Shown: piece by piece, positions 48,082 to 49,174 of the stretch
How positions within the stretch are numbered: the first letter of the stretch is position 1
How the letters are laid out: each line of letters starts with the position of its first letter
Assembly (NCBI GenBank): GCA_012838635.1
Contig: DUOW01000002.1
Coordinates: 1 to 49,174 of the forward strand
Source: Acholeplasma sp.
GTDB lineage: Bacteria > Bacillota_I > Bacilli_A > ML615J-28 > CAG-698
Direction: 5' to 3'
DNA length: 49,174 nt
Notes under the pieces: model-generated
What the model saw: only the letters and a program-made list of their open reading frames with translations
What the model was told of the DNA's origin: nothing
Database searches by the model: none
Program-made: the position numbers and the translations under genes

Positions 48082-49174
48082 TGTCTTTTATAAACAGTCT
48101 TTCCTGCTCTAATTGTTTCATAAACATTAAGGTCTTTATCAATAATTACAAAGTCAGCATCTTTACCTACTTTAATTGAACCTTTTTTGTTGTCTATGCT
48201 TAGATTACGTGCCGGATTGATTGTAGCAAAATCAATTGCTTCTTCTAAAGAAATATTAAGTGTATTTTTGATGTTTCTAATTGCATCATTCATTTTTAAA
48301 ACTGAACCTGCTAGATTACCACTTTCTAGTCTTGCTGCTCCATCCTTTACATAAACATCTTGACCACCAAGTTGATATTTACCATCAAGCAAATGTTTAG
48401 CTTCCATTGAGTCAGTTACTAAAATCATTTTATCTTTTGGTTTTTGTTTATATAAGATTTTGATTGCTGGGCCTGAAACATGAATTAAATCACAAATTAA
48501 TTCCGTATAAGCTTCATCATGAAGCATAGCAGCCCCTAATGTCCCAGCATCACGATGATGCAATCCTTTCATCGCATTATAGCAATGAGTAAATGATGTT
48601 GCCCCATTTTTAACTGCTTCAGCTGCTACATCATAAGATGCACTCGTATGTCCTAATGATGCTACAATATTTTTAGATTTTAAATATTGAGTTAATTCTT
48701 TACCATTTTCTTCATATGCTAAAGTAACAATTTTAATATTATTACCACTTATCTTTTCAAACTTCTTAAAAGCATCAACACTACACTCTAAAATATATTC
48801 TTTTGGTTGAGCACCTTTTTGTTTTACACTCACAAAAGGTCCTTCTAGGTGAATCCCTAAAACTTCTGCTCCTTCTTCAACTCCCTTTTCAATATATTTG
48901 CGAATATTATCCAAAGCTTTGTTAATGTTTTCTACACTTTGTGTCATTGTTGTTGGTAAGAAGCCTGTAACTCCATCTTGGGTAATTGATGTTGCAATAT
49001 TTAAAATATCTTTTTCTGTTGGATACATGGCATCAGAATGATTAGCACCATGGATATGTTGATCAATAAATCCTGGAACAACAATTAAGTTATCTGGAAG
49101 CTCAATTCCATCTTTAAATTTACCAATTGTTTTAATCTTGCCCTTTTCAATTTCTAAAGAAGTCTTAACAATCC
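48078..49174 (-). CDS. nagA: N-acetylglucosamine-6-phosphate deacetylase (5' end beyond the window)
   Basis: The frame stays open to the window edge and adds '...VVPGFIDQHIHG' upstream of the track start. Also 'HLEGPF', 'LGHT', 'THCYNAM', 'LVTDSM', 'LAGS'. Confidence 0.95.
   Translation of the reverse strand, partial: IVKTSLEIEKGKIKTIGKFKDGIELPDNLIVVPGFIDQHIHGANHSDAMYPTEKDILNIATSITQDGVTGFLPTTMTQSVENINKALDNIRKYIEKGVEEGAEVLGIHLEGPFVSVKQKGAQPKEYILECSVDAFKKFEKISGNNIKIVTLAYEENGKELTQYLKSKNIVASLGHTSASYDVAAEAVKNGATSFTHCYNAMKGLHHRDAGTLGAAMLHDEAYTELICDLIHVSGPAIKILYKQKPKDKMILVTDSMEAKHLLDGKYQLGGQDVYVKDGAARLESGNLAGSVLKMNDAIRNIKNTLNISLEEAIDFATINPARNLSIDNKKGSIKVGKDADFVIIDKDLNVYETIRAGKTVYKRQ

Overview
This is an AT-rich, gene-dense chromosomal segment from a low-GC Bacilli/Mollicutes-like bacterium. 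It uses the standard code (TGA is a stop). The gene content (glnS, PotA with a coiled-coil insert, no cell-wall genes, cdaA without cdaR/glmM) fits an Acholeplasmatales-like organism, but that placement is inference. Nearly all genes lie on the minus strand, in this order: potABCD; a guanine-riboswitch-controlled xpt plus nucleoside ABC operon; tRNA-Ser(GCT); ligA-uvrA-lgt-trxB-whiA; an acidic lipoprotein; a CvpA-like/membrane/coiled-coil/B3-4/glnS/pcrA operon; an LRR-Ig lipoprotein; tsaE-tsaB-rimI-tsaD; nfu; and a tightly coupled run of DUF4011 helicase-like, ankyrin, cdaA, mgsA, PAS/GGDEF-like, 5-FTHF cyclo-ligase and ispDF. On the plus strand are class II RNR (nrdJ), two paralogous WHP-repeat membrane proteins and hflX. 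The window ends inside nagA. I found no mobile element, prophage or CRISPR array. The best novelty candidates are: (1) an apparently catalytically eroded Hhe-like helicase/nuclease coupled to an ankyrin protein, a diadenylate cyclase and a degenerate PAS-GGDEF protein; (2) the nrdJ-associated WHP membrane pair; (3) a structured leader RNA before potA; (4) the CvpA-like/acidic membrane/coiled-coil trio. All domain calls come from reading motifs by eye; no database searches were run.
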